Source of the DNA: Antedon mediterranea | Taxonomy: Eukaryota; Animalia; Echinodermata | Direction: 5' to 3' | Assembly: GCF_964355755.1 (NCBI RefSeq) | Contig: NC_092679.1 | Location: 18,211,432-18,275,431 of the forward strand | Length of the DNA: 64,000 nucleotides | In this document: piece after piece, positions 19,474 through 31,900 of the stretch | Position numbering within the stretch: the first letter of the stretch is position 1 | Layout of the letters: every line of letters starts with the position of its first letter | Notes under the pieces: model-generated | The model's input: only the letters and a program-made list of their open reading frames with translations | What the model was told of the DNA's origin: nothing | The model's database searches: none | Program-made: the position numbers and the translations under genes

Positions 19474-21676
19474 TTAATTGTTTCGTCCCGCACACTCAAG
19501 ACCTCCCAGCGTAAGAAAAGCTTGTTTGGAGCCAGCAGCATCGCCTAAATAAACTCGTTTAATTGGTAGAACAGATGTATCTGTTATGTAGCCAGCATCT
19601 GTTTGGTCAGCATCGACAGAACTAGGTCCATCACAGTTGCATTTGGTACCAGTTGTGATGCATGAATCTAAAAAAGAAAAGAAGAAAACAACGCTAATTT
19701 AATCTGATTATATCAAAGACAAGAAGCAAAACTACGGTTTGGCAAACAATGATTGAGAAAAGGACAGAGGAAAACCCAAAATGAGACAAATGTCTTGATC
19801 ATCGATGATATAATTACCATCGAAAAATTCTTCGTCATCCTTATCGTCGTCACCACTGTTGTCACTGTCACCAATAGTCCCTGTTACTAATGTCACTAAG
19901 TTCATGTACATTTATTGTCTCCATTGTCGTCATAGTCACTGTACCGCTCCATCATCCTGACGGCCAACAGAACAACTTGTCATCTTTGATGACTTAGTCA
20001 CCCTTTATCGTGAAGTGAAGAGAACGTTACGTGATATCAATATCAGATTCTGCTCAACTAACCTGTAACGCCACATTCACAAGATTTTGAGTTGATGGGT
20101 GCGCCTCCCCAGTTGATTAGAACTTCGTCGTCACGGGAGACAAGCCAACCCCTATGCTTTCTATATCGTTGATTGTATGCAAGAAGCTTCGAACCTTGGC
20201 AGTTATACTAAAATGGTATAAAGAAGTGAGTTATTGTGTAAACGTCCTCTGGAAATAAATATAAGCGCCATGGAAACACACCCTTATTACCAATTTACCT
20301 GAATGTATTGTTGACAAGAATTTGAGATGTTGACCAGTGCTGTCATCTGCTGGAATGTTGGTTCGTACGTAGGCTCGTAGACGTACGATCCTGGACGGTT
20401 GTCTCCGTTAACAGTCAGTGGCATCTCTAACTCCTCGCCAACAAGAACTAATGTCACACCTGATAAAGGTACAATGGAAGAAAGATGCGTCTCAGACATA
20501 CATTGCATAATCTCTATCCGAGATAACCCTACCCTTACATCCTTCAGTAGCAATACATTTTGTCGAACGAAAGTAGATTGATGATTTCTCATTAAGCAGT
20601 AAAGTCTTGTCTAGACTATCAAACTTTATGTGTCAAAAACTGTGATGTGCATATATATGGACATGATGATGTCATATCACTACCACATTTAAGCATAGCA
20701 CTACTATATATGGGCACATAACATTTTTTGACTCATAAAGTTTGATAGTGTAGACAAGGCTTAACTCTAGACATTCGACGGTTAAGAGTAACTCTACAAA
20801 ATCGACTGTTCACGTACCTTGCTCGTATGACATACTGCAATACACAAAGAACGGTTCAAGTTCACCCTCTAAATCTGCATCTATGATGTACATACCACTG
20901 ATGTCAAATCCTTCCTTGTAGATTTCTTGACAAGATCTGAAATAAATCGGGTTTTGGAAACGTGCCACTGGTCTGGTTATTGTAGGACTTGTCATAATTT
21001 GTGATGTTGATGGTGCTCTTGTGCTAACAATGGGTTCTTTTGACTTTGTGGGCGTTGTTACAACAGGTGATGTCTTAATATCTGGAGTTTGTGTGGATGT
21101 TTCTTGATGATCTATGGCTTCTATCTCTGTAGCTGTATCTAAAAAATACATAAAATCATTTTTTTTTTAAATTTTTTTTCAACAAAGTGTGGACGACACA
21201 CTGAAATAAGATGTGACAAGATAGATTGAAAATAAGCACATCTATTACATTCTCGGTAAATTGACATTAGAGAAGGAATGTTTTCTTCCTGAATGATTGT
21301 GTGTATAGTGTCCGAATGTACTGGGCTTCTCGGAAAAAGCTAAACTTCTAGAAGACGATTCTTACTGTCACCACCATTTCAGTTTACGAAGGACGGCATG
21401 GAAAACATAATATTTAGAAAACCTACCTTCTATAAGTTTTTGAATTTGATCCATTTTGTGTTGTCTATGGAGTGTAACTGTATTTTCAACAGACACCAAC
21501 TTTGATTGGATATGCTTTGACGCATTCAATGAAGAAGAATTGTATCTTCCAATCATGTTGCGCATTATATTTCGTTGGGTATTAGATATTTCTATAATGT
21601 TAACGTTTACTTTTCCTTTTCCTTCACTTAATGTTGTAGCTACCAGAAGCAACACGGATTTGTAAATAAGTAACAT
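19474..21676 (-). CDS. Secreted protein: signal peptide, Thr/Pro-rich stalk and Caspr/neurexin-IV-type fibrinogen-like domain, 5 coding exons, about 356 aa
   Basis: Exons 21427-21676, 20818-21138, 20299-20459, 20063-20207, 19474-19667 in frame (1071 nt). MLLIYKSVLLLVATTLSEG is a signal peptide. RSCQEIYKEG...YIIDADLEGELEPFFVYCSM, CQQYIQYNCQGSKL, WGGA...SCECGVTDSC...CNCD...DAGYITDTSVLPI...TLGGLEC match the Caspr fibrinogen-like module. Confidence 0.85.
20602..20762. mobile_element. MITE family A
   Basis: TIR gtctagactatcaaact ... agtttgatagtgtagac; internal cactaccata-type repeats. Confidence 0.8.
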
Positions 21677-22910
21677 TTTGTAATCTATAAAGAGAAAAAA
21701 CATGGTATTTGTTTATCTGTGGTGGCCTACGTAGGATAGCCCGCTAAGGAACTATATTTTCACCAGTTTTCAACTGTTGAAGTTTGTTTACATGGTCATG
21801 TATCAGCTAAACTTTACCGGCTCAATGTTTTACCCAATATGTTCTGGAGGTTTTTTTATAACTTCTCAGTCTCATATAAACTACAAATACATACTGTATT
21901 GTAGTATATATCTATTATAAACAAAGAACCTATGATTTTAATAATGTAATACAGGAAATCTGGCTAGATGTCGACAAGGTCCTACTGTACTAGACAATAG
22001 CCATTCTATGCGGTAGATACCACTATTGTTGCTATATTGGCCTCCTATGCACAACTTTTGAAAAACTCCGACGTACAGAAACGTACGTATAGACCCATGA
22101 CACAGTAGTAGGCCTATTTCAACAATGTGGCATTTAATATAATGTTCTGTGTCAATGTATATGAACGTAGTTATTATACATACATTTTAATAATAAGAAA
22201 TACTTACGTATAAGGTCAAACAGTGTCACCGATCCGTAAATTGTTCCTATCTGTGACCGGAAAAGGCATCACACGTCACGCATATTAATATTATGCTTAA
22301 CTCGATAGGGTGACTTTGACTTTAACAAAATAATTTACCCATTGGGAAACACTGATATCCGTAGGCTATGTTATAGGCGCAAAATACATAATTATGCGGA
22401 TTCAAGGCGGCCGTCTAGACAAATATATCTATATATCCATTAATGTATCGTATCGTACAGAGTGCGTTTGGACCTATTTATATTTTTTATCGCACATGCA
22501 ACTGCCACACGTGCGATTTGTGTTGTTTATCGTACGTTCACGTGCGACTTGATAGGAAGTTTAAACCAATCAGAAGAGAGCAGTCAATGAGGTCCCGGAT
22601 GTAAAAGCTTTGCCGCGCTCTCTTTCAAACACGAGGCACTGACCGGACTAGCCTCACCTAGCAGCGCAGGAGGAAAACAAAACCTTTTTTAGAGAAGTAT
22701 TATGTAGGAGAGAAACTAGATTTTTGAAATACAGACAAGTTGTCATTGTTAGTAGATTTGATGCAATTTGGAATAAAGTGGTGAGTAGGCCTACTTTTCT
22801 GCGTATTTAAAATAATAAAATTGCCAGGCCAGGCCATGCAAGTTACCCCGAGTGCTTACCGCCGATCGTTCGTATCGACAGTGGTACTGGTAGTCACAGT
22901 GACTAGTCCT

Positions 22911-22992
22911 AAGAAGAACGTGACGATATCGTATATACGGCGGATATATACCATTACTTCACGATCCTATACGATATCGTGACGTTCTTCTT
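22911..22992. mobile_element. Short palindromic MITE
   Basis: aagaagaacgtgacgatatcgtata ... tatacgatatcgtgacgttcttctt. Confidence 0.7.
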
Positions 22993-24682
22993 GCCACATA
23001 ATTCGATATCATTTCTGTCTTTGGTTGGCACTTGTTTGACCTCCCAGGTCAAGCTTATGCCCTGGGGTGTAGGTCTAGAAACAGACGCCTATCGTGCGTA
23101 TAAGTCGTATGTTATAAATTGGAGGGGGAGGTGGTTACAACAGCACATTCTCAATAATTGCCCATACATTTTAGGGAATTCATTTTTTTTCTGTCTTGAA
23201 TTTACATTAGCATTTCACCGTGTAGTCCTTTGTTTTGGAAAAAAATTGTCTTTTTTACATACGCATTTTTAGAACCACCGTCAAGCAATAGCACAATTGA
23301 ACGGCAATCAAGTAGTGTGCATCGTATCAATCTTTTAATTCAAGCACCGAATAGCAACCAAGAAAATCCAAAGGATCTTTACATTTATTCATGCAGGCTC
23401 AATACACATTAATACATTAATTTTCTAAACAAATAGATGATAGAAAGTTTCAATATTTATATTCTACACTAGGCCTATACTACATTGATAAATTTTATTC
23501 TACAATTTAATGATATTTATGATAAAACGTCCATCGTTAAACTTTCAGGTAGAATTCATTGAATAAAATACAGTTTTATGTTTGTTTTCCGCTTGCTAGC
23601 AAACTTTAAAATGTTACGTTGGCTCTAAAATATGTGCTGCACATTCCTGTCTGTTTGAATCCATGTCTGACATGTAGAGTATAGAGTATTTAAACACTTA
23701 AATGAATATTTAGATATTTCTGCTTTCTAAAGTGTAATCTAAATAATCATCTAATAAATATCAAGGTAATTTTAAAACTAATTCCATAAAAAAAATTATT
23801 GAAATATTAAATTATAAGAAAGCCAAAAAATGCCATAATAAAAAAAACTGGCATGATATCAAACATTTTAATTGTTATTCATAGCCTTCAATTACATTTA
23901 TTTTATGTATTACAAGATTGGTAAAAACACAGCAAAACATTTAAAATCTAAACTAGTAATTCAAACAATAATAAAAGCCAAAAAATGAGGTCCTGCATCT
24001 ATTGTGAATACAAATGGTTGTGCGTACTACATATCCCCATAGAGTATTTAAGTTTAGGTCTACTTTTACACACCTTGTTAGCAGCCTACAGTGGTAGATC
24101 TCATGAACACATAAAATACAAAATGTATGTAATCTGCCAGGTGAGCTTTATGTGAACATAATGTATTATGTAAAATATGTAATCTGCTAAACTGATACAT
24201 AAATATACTGTAATTGTATGATAATTATACATGCTTACATAATGTAGATCCATCTGTGATTACCAACAGGTTGGTAAATCATACTGTTGGCTTGTAAATC
24301 GATTTTAGTTTTTACGGGATGATTAACGAACCAGTAATTTTAATTACAAATTTATTATTATACTTGAACTAAACATAATTTACCATTTACAGCACTACAA
24401 AACTTGAGAGAAAATACAGAATAAAAAGTTGATTAAACTCAGCTGTCAACAATTACAAATTGTCATTAGTAAAATTTTTTCCAGTTTGCACCATCTAAAT
24501 CATAATTTTAATATATATTTTTTTATAGAAAACATCAAATGTATAATTGGAATAAAGAATCTTTATGAATAATTATTCTATAGTTATGAATGAAAAAAAA
24601 AAGAATCTAGACTAAAGCAACCAATGTATTTATTATTTTACTGTGCTAGATGGTCATCCTCATTATGTGGGCTTCTTGCCAT

Positions 24683-27600
24683 TTATGAATACATGGACAT
24701 TTGGAGAAACTGAAAAATAAAATATATTTATTAGATTTGAAATACCGGAATGGTGTCCGGCGGGGGATAGTTTATTACCATTAGTTAAGGTCAGGGGTCA
24801 GTGATCCATTAGGCGCTATATAAATACTGTTTATTATTATTATTATTATTTGTATGTGCTATTTCATTGCCATGGTGGAATAAATATGAATTCAATTGGA
24901 AATCAGAATTATGCACAGTAAACAAATATACTGTATGGTACACAGTATAAACTATACAACTAAACATTCATAATTGTACTGTACTAATAATATCATCTGT
25001 ATATTACAATAATCAACAATAATTTTTTATTTATATCTTTTTTTTAAAACTTACCTCATCCAATTCAAATTGTGTCTGTTTACCGTTTGGTGCATTCTTC
25101 TTGAATGCATCTAATTCAGGAGAAAGACAAAACAATAATGTTAGACTTGTTGCCAAGGAACACATTTTATAGTAGATGTAATGTAAAGATACTAGTGTAA
25201 GCCAACCCTAGAACATTCAAGTCCACCCTCAAATTTGGAATGTTTTATTTTATTGTAAAATCAATCTCTTTATTCATCTCATTAAAAAAAAACCAATACA
25301 CATAACAAAAAGGAGTAAAACAAATGTTCCTTATTTCCAAACTTTGACCAACTTAAGCAATAAGATTTGAAATAGCTATTATGCAACACTTTTTTAAACT
25401 TAAAATCACAAAAGAAAAAAAAGACAGATTTGAATGCTTACCAAACATATGCTTGAGCTTGATGGTACACTGAATAAAATCATCAAAATCGATGGTACCG
25501 TCTTTTCCTCCGTATCTCAACACCAATGCACTGAATGTCTTTGAACTCACAGTATACCCTAAATTATAATTTATAAATATTAGAATCAATATCGATTATT
25601 TTGCTTACAGTACATTGGTTTTTAAAATAACTTTGATAGTACAAAACTTCTTACCAACACTTCGGAGAGCCATTCGTAACTCATATGCATTAAATGTTCC
25701 ACTGTTGTCGGTATCAAATTTCTTAAAGACACCCTGAAAAAAGAAAAATTACATAAATAAACTGTAGTGAAGAAGAGTAACTTTTTGGGCAAGTTACATT
25801 GTTTTAGTACATTTTTAGTGTATAAAGGAAAAAGATTTACCTTCCATCTTTTGATGTCTCTCCACAAGGCCTTAAATTCATCGAATCCAAGCTTGCCTGA
25901 GCGATCAAGCTAATTATATTAAGGTTAAAGATCATATAGCAGAAAGTTGCGAAGCTTTCATTTCATTACTTAAAAAAAAGTTAGCTTATTAAAAATTTTA
26001 TTTTCCTTTAAGCTCTGTTATTTATTTGTTAATTTCGTAGCTTAAGTTGGTTAAGATGTTTTAAAAGGTACCAAGCTTGATTAGCTCCGGCTATATCTTG
26101 GCTACCTTTTGTATTGATTAATTGTTTGATACAATAAAGAAGAAGACAATGATACAAGATGATAATTGTTTATTATCAACCACCTCTTACTGTAAATGCA
26201 CTAATCACTCCCATACTAAAATACTTCACATAAATTTAAAAAGGATACATCGTTAAGAGCCACCATACTCTTGCAGGATTCAAGGGTGAAACCAGATGAG
26301 CCATGGAGTTCTAAAAAAATAAGTGAACATTCATCAATACATCTTCAAATAGTTTGTTTAAACAAGGAAAACCCATATATTTACATTACTACAATATTTG
26401 TTGTAATAGAGACAATAATGTATATAAAATAATACTATATGTATTTATAAGAAAAAAAGATGCACAAAGGCATATTATTGTCAAATGTAGAATGGTACAG
26501 TACATAAAAAACACTACTTCAAACATTATAAAGCAGTTAAAATACAATTTGTAGTTAGACTTAACAAGACTGAAAACAAAAAGTATCGTTCACACTTATA
26601 CATGATCTAAATAATTAACAATAACATTAAAAATGTAAAAGTATTTTTGAACAAAATTAAATTTAAAGTTTTTCAGTAATACAGCCGACCCTAAAAAACC
26701 CAGTAAGTCTGGTTTTTAGTATGCATTTTAAATGGTAGGAAGAATTTAGGGCCTTTATGACAAATGTTGGTTTAGGAGAACAAATTTCTAGTTTTGGGAG
26801 AATGAATTTCTGGTTTTAGGAGAACGAATTTCTAGTTTTGGGAGAATGAATTTCTGGTTTTGGGAGAATTAGTTGACTTCGGAGAACTAGTTTTTGGATT
26901 TCGGAGTTTCTGGTTTTAGGGAGTACGATTTTAGGGAGTACAGTTTTAGGAAAGTTGACTCTACTACTACTGGTACTTTAAAAAAACAGAAATGATCCAT
27001 TATAAAATATAAATAACAAGTACTGTACAAGAAAAGTAATGAAACAAGCAAGGCTCACTCTACTAATTATACACAGTATGGTAATATGCAATGGTACATA
27101 GATTTAAGAAAATCAAAAGCAAGAAAAAAAGGATAGGACTACACATGATGTATCATCATTAGCTTTGCTTTCTGATGATAGTTACACAGAAACTAAAGAA
27201 AAACTAAGGTAAAACTACAAAAATATATTATTAATAATGTTCTCACCATTCTTGATATCTGATTATATCAGCAAATTATCACCATGCAATGAATAGGATA
27301 TATGTTATAAACAGCAGAGGAGAATGTTATATTAATATTATTATAAAAAATAATTGTTGCTAAGTATCTGTTATTATTACATACAAGTCTTTCTTCAATT
27401 AAAATAAACATAAACTAATCTAAAATTGTAAAAATTCCAGTAATTTACAGATGACAATTTTTTTTTGGATTTAAATGTTATTAAATCAAAATTATTTGAT
27501 AACAACCAAGCATATTAATTGAAGAGAAACATGTATTGTTGTTATGGCAAACATGCTTAATTTCACCATATGGGGTCATTATATGAGGTCAAGCAATATC

Positions 27601-28943
27601 AGTATCTATATCTAGATGTAATTATTTTATGCACTGATTATCAATATATTTCATCCTTTACAAGCCCATAGCCAGGATTTTTACAGGGTGTTCATTTTTC
27701 CACAAAAGGAAAACAAATCACCAAGAGCAAGGCTAGTTCATTAGGCTTATTTACTATCACTGACTGGTCTCTTGGTTGAAAAGGGCACTTCCAGGAAAGT
27801 TGGAGGTTTTCTTGAACTCCCTGGCTATGGGCTTGTATGCATTCCATTCCCATGCTCTCTGACAATCACACTTCTAATACCTTCCCTCCCCAATTCCTCA
27901 AAAATATCTTATTGTGATTATTGTAAAAATATACCAACCATTTTTCAGGGCAGCATTTAAAATATCTTTAAGCTCCCACGCATCTACTTCCATATCCTAA
28001 AACAATTATAAATATTTTCAAAATAAGAATACAAGCAATATTACACCGTAAACAACATGGCTTTAGAGGAAGTGTTGGGTGAGAATAGAGACGGGTTTTT
28101 TTTACTCAATAGCTTTGTATTTATTGTTTTTGTTCCATTTCTGAGGCCTAGATAAAGAGAAGACCCAAAACTCTTGTTGATAATGATATACAATTCTTTA
28201 AGATGTCAACATTACTGGCTTAGCATCTCATTCAGAATATGTTACAGTCACTATTCAGTGGTCACTGAATGGAGAGCAGCCATGTGATTCAAACCCATGG
28301 TGCCCAAAATTAGTATAGTAATTTGTAGTACATACATCTCCAGTAAGTTTCTGGAAGAATTCCCTGAATTTCTCTTCCTGGGCATTAAATGCAGCCTGTT
28401 GTTCTGGAGTCAATGTTGGCTACACAAAAATAAATGTAAACATGATTTTAGTACATCAACAACAAAATGTAAACAGCATTAAATGCTGATGTTGCACTCA
28501 AAATGCAAATTCTAGTCCAGCACTATACAGAATAAAAATTAAATCTTTCTCATAACAACAAATAAAAAAGATAGAAAAACAGACAAATATATTATAGTAA
28601 TTAATATGCAAACATATAGTAGTTCTTAAAATATACTTTAACAATATAATAACAGTATATGCCATGTATATATTTGTTATAATAAATCACCCTTTTTTAT
28701 AGTCTAATAATTGATATTGATATACTTTTGTAGTTTTACTAATTATATACTATTATATAATTATGTATATTTTAATTTACCATACAGTAAGAAACTACTG
28801 TATAATAAATCATAATGTGCACTACAGGCCAAGCAAATGGCAATATCTTTTTATGGCTTGGCTTGGTGAATCATGTAAAAGGAATGTCTTGAGGCAGCCT
28901 AGATGTGTCTAATTTCAAGACAATTTTGTGTATTGCTTTCGTG

Positions 28944-28984
<41 letters not shown>

Positions 28985-31900
28985 AGTTTTACCTTTTATA
29001 CATAATGTATTTATATATTTTTATCAAATTTTGTAAAATACTACTTTTCAGCCTTTTGGCTGCCGTTGTATTTTGATGTCTTTTTATGAATAAATATACC
29101 TAAATGATAAATGAATATGAAGCAACAACTGTGTAAAGCTCACATAACAGTGGCGGATCCAGGATTCTGAAATATGGGGGCCCAGTGTCTAAAAATGGTG
29201 CCAAGTTTAATTTGATGTCCTATCTTTTGCATTATATTACAATTTCTGCGATTGGGCCTAGGTTCTTGAATCCGTTCCTATTACAATCTATGTTATGAAG
29301 GCTTCTAAAGCAGAAGCTAACCGGTTTGGAAAGTTACTGTATGCAGTTCTGTTATGTTTTGCTAGTTTGATTAGTAATATTATAAACAATTTTGATTAGA
29401 TGTTATACCTTTTCCTAAAAAATAAAAATAAACCAGAGAATCAGTTATTCTATTGTTTGTAAAAAGCAAAATATATAATTTCATATTTTATTTAATAACA
29501 TAACATTCCATAGTATTTTAAGTCAATTCCTAATGCCATGCCATATACTGTAGTATTTATATACTGTATGAGTAAACAAGCTATGTGCAAATACCATTTC
29601 CTAAAGGTTTTCAGCATACAGCGTACTAATATATTAGAAATAAGATTAGATAATATCATAATTATTAATTCATCTATGTAAATTATCAGAATTTCAATTA
29701 TGCATTAAATATATAACTTCCCCAAAAAATAAGGATATTGTTACTTAATAATTGCAATTTATTAATTTATAAAAACAAAACACATTCAAACTGAAATTCA
29801 AATGAAACTAAAAAGGTAAATACAACAGAAAATGTGTATAATTATTTAAATTAAAAATGCAAAATTATGCAACAGGCATATAATGCAGAACAACTAAATC
29901 AATCAAACTACCGCTTTTGATGTTGGTGCTCCCGCAGTTGGCTAGAAAGAAGACGCAACATAAATGATTGAAAACAATTTACAACTCTCTACTGTATAGC
30001 AATTCAATGAGACTTACAATTCAATTCATTCCATGTAACAATCTACTGTATTTTCAGACTGTTAGCGTTACCCAGGCATTGCTCACTGTATTAATCATTT
30101 CAAACAAGTTACCCATACTATTACTTTATGTAGGTTTTTGTTTAATTTTTAATAATCACCCTAGTATCAAATTACACACAAAGTACTCAATGTCATATTA
30201 TCAAGTTTTAAACTGGTTTAGTCTATACTATGATGACCGGGTATAGTCTCAGGGGGCCTGGGTATAATATTTGTGGAAATTAAATGGTTGGATTATATTG
30301 TATTTAACAATTGAATTTACCATACCCTTGTTTCTGATCCAAATGATCCTCAATTAGCAGGTGTGATTATACAGTACTTGAGAATGGGATTATACTCGAG
30401 CACAGGATGATACTCGGTCATATACGGTTGTAAATAATAATAGCTTTGTAAGGTATGTTTGGGTTATATTATCAGTATTATTTTATTAAAATTAAGTATA
30501 AAGTAATAAACAATCAATGACTTGCAAATTCAACCATAATAGTGTTTAATGTGAGTATTGGTATATTTATTTGCATACAGTATGTGATCCACCTGTACTG
30601 CATGTTCCAAGTGTAAAATATAAATATATAGTGTAGCTAATACTATATAGAAGAATTTTGTGTTGCACGTTATTATAGTGCCACTGGTCAAGAGTCCTTC
30701 ATGCAGGTTTAGTTTATTCTAAATAAATATTTTTAATTTATTAAAAAAATAAAATATAGTCCATGCAGAAATAATAATAATTTTTAAATATTTTTAGTTG
30801 AATATGCCATTTTAATGTAACATAATAGTTATTCACTTTGACTAAAAATGGATGGGAAAAAAAATAGCTGAAAAAGGTATTTAAAGCAAAAAAATCTTTA
30901 ATTGTCCGTCAGACAATGGGTTTTTGGTTAAATGTAATCGTTTACTTTGTCTTTTACAAGTAAAATTTTTTTTAACAGAAGTGAATAACTTTACTAAAAC
31001 TGCAAAATGGCCTATCAAAAGTATGATTTTATTAATCTTCATTTTTGGGGGACAATACATCTTTAACCATTTACAATTTCATGCTGTTAGTATTTGATCA
31101 ATTTTTCTCCCCAGAAGTATATTGACATTGGTAAAATCGGTTTTGTCATGTACAATGATATTGATAACTGTACTACTGTATAGCCAGAAGAGGGAGTGTA
31201 TAGCCAGAAGAGGGAGAATATACCCCTGGGTGGTAACAGGGCCCTGTTAATACCTTAGTCACAGATTTATTAATGATCTTTAAAAAGAATATAATTAAAA
31301 ATGTTAATTCTAATACTAGTGTATATATTTGTTCCATTTTGACATGCAATAGTAAAAGTCAATGTTAGTTATAAATAAATGTTAATAATATCTTTTAAAA
31401 AGATAAATATTTTTACCTGAGCTTCCTGAATATAGAAAGTTAACAAAAAAATGAATTTACTAAACGGATAATGATAATAAAACAAAATGATACATACAAT
31501 GAAAACACATTAAATAAGATAAATTATAATTGTATATTTAATTAAGACAAACACTTATATGAAAACAATAAGGTTTTGATTAAATGAATAAGTAGGCAGT
31601 TTTGGTTAAGGTATTTCTATATAAGGGTTACTTATTTTCAAAACCAAAAAAAAACCAAAAGAACTATTGGTTTCATTTTGTATTTCAACATTTGAAAATG
31701 TATCATTAACCAAAAGAAAAATCTGTTTTGCCAACAAAAGTATCCCAGTTTATTTAAAGATAATCAAACATAAAAAAGAGTATTAGAGAAAAAAAAGCAG
31801 GTAAACAAACAATGAAAAATGAATTACCTCTTTGGGAAGTTCAACAACACCAGTTTCTTCATCAATATCTCTAAAATAAGAAAAAAAAGATTACTTCTTT

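Noticed and set aside
27145-27171. Additional 27-nt calpain microexon (ESKANDDTS)
   Set aside because: Weak GTGTAG donor, and splicing to the next exon would create a TAA stop.
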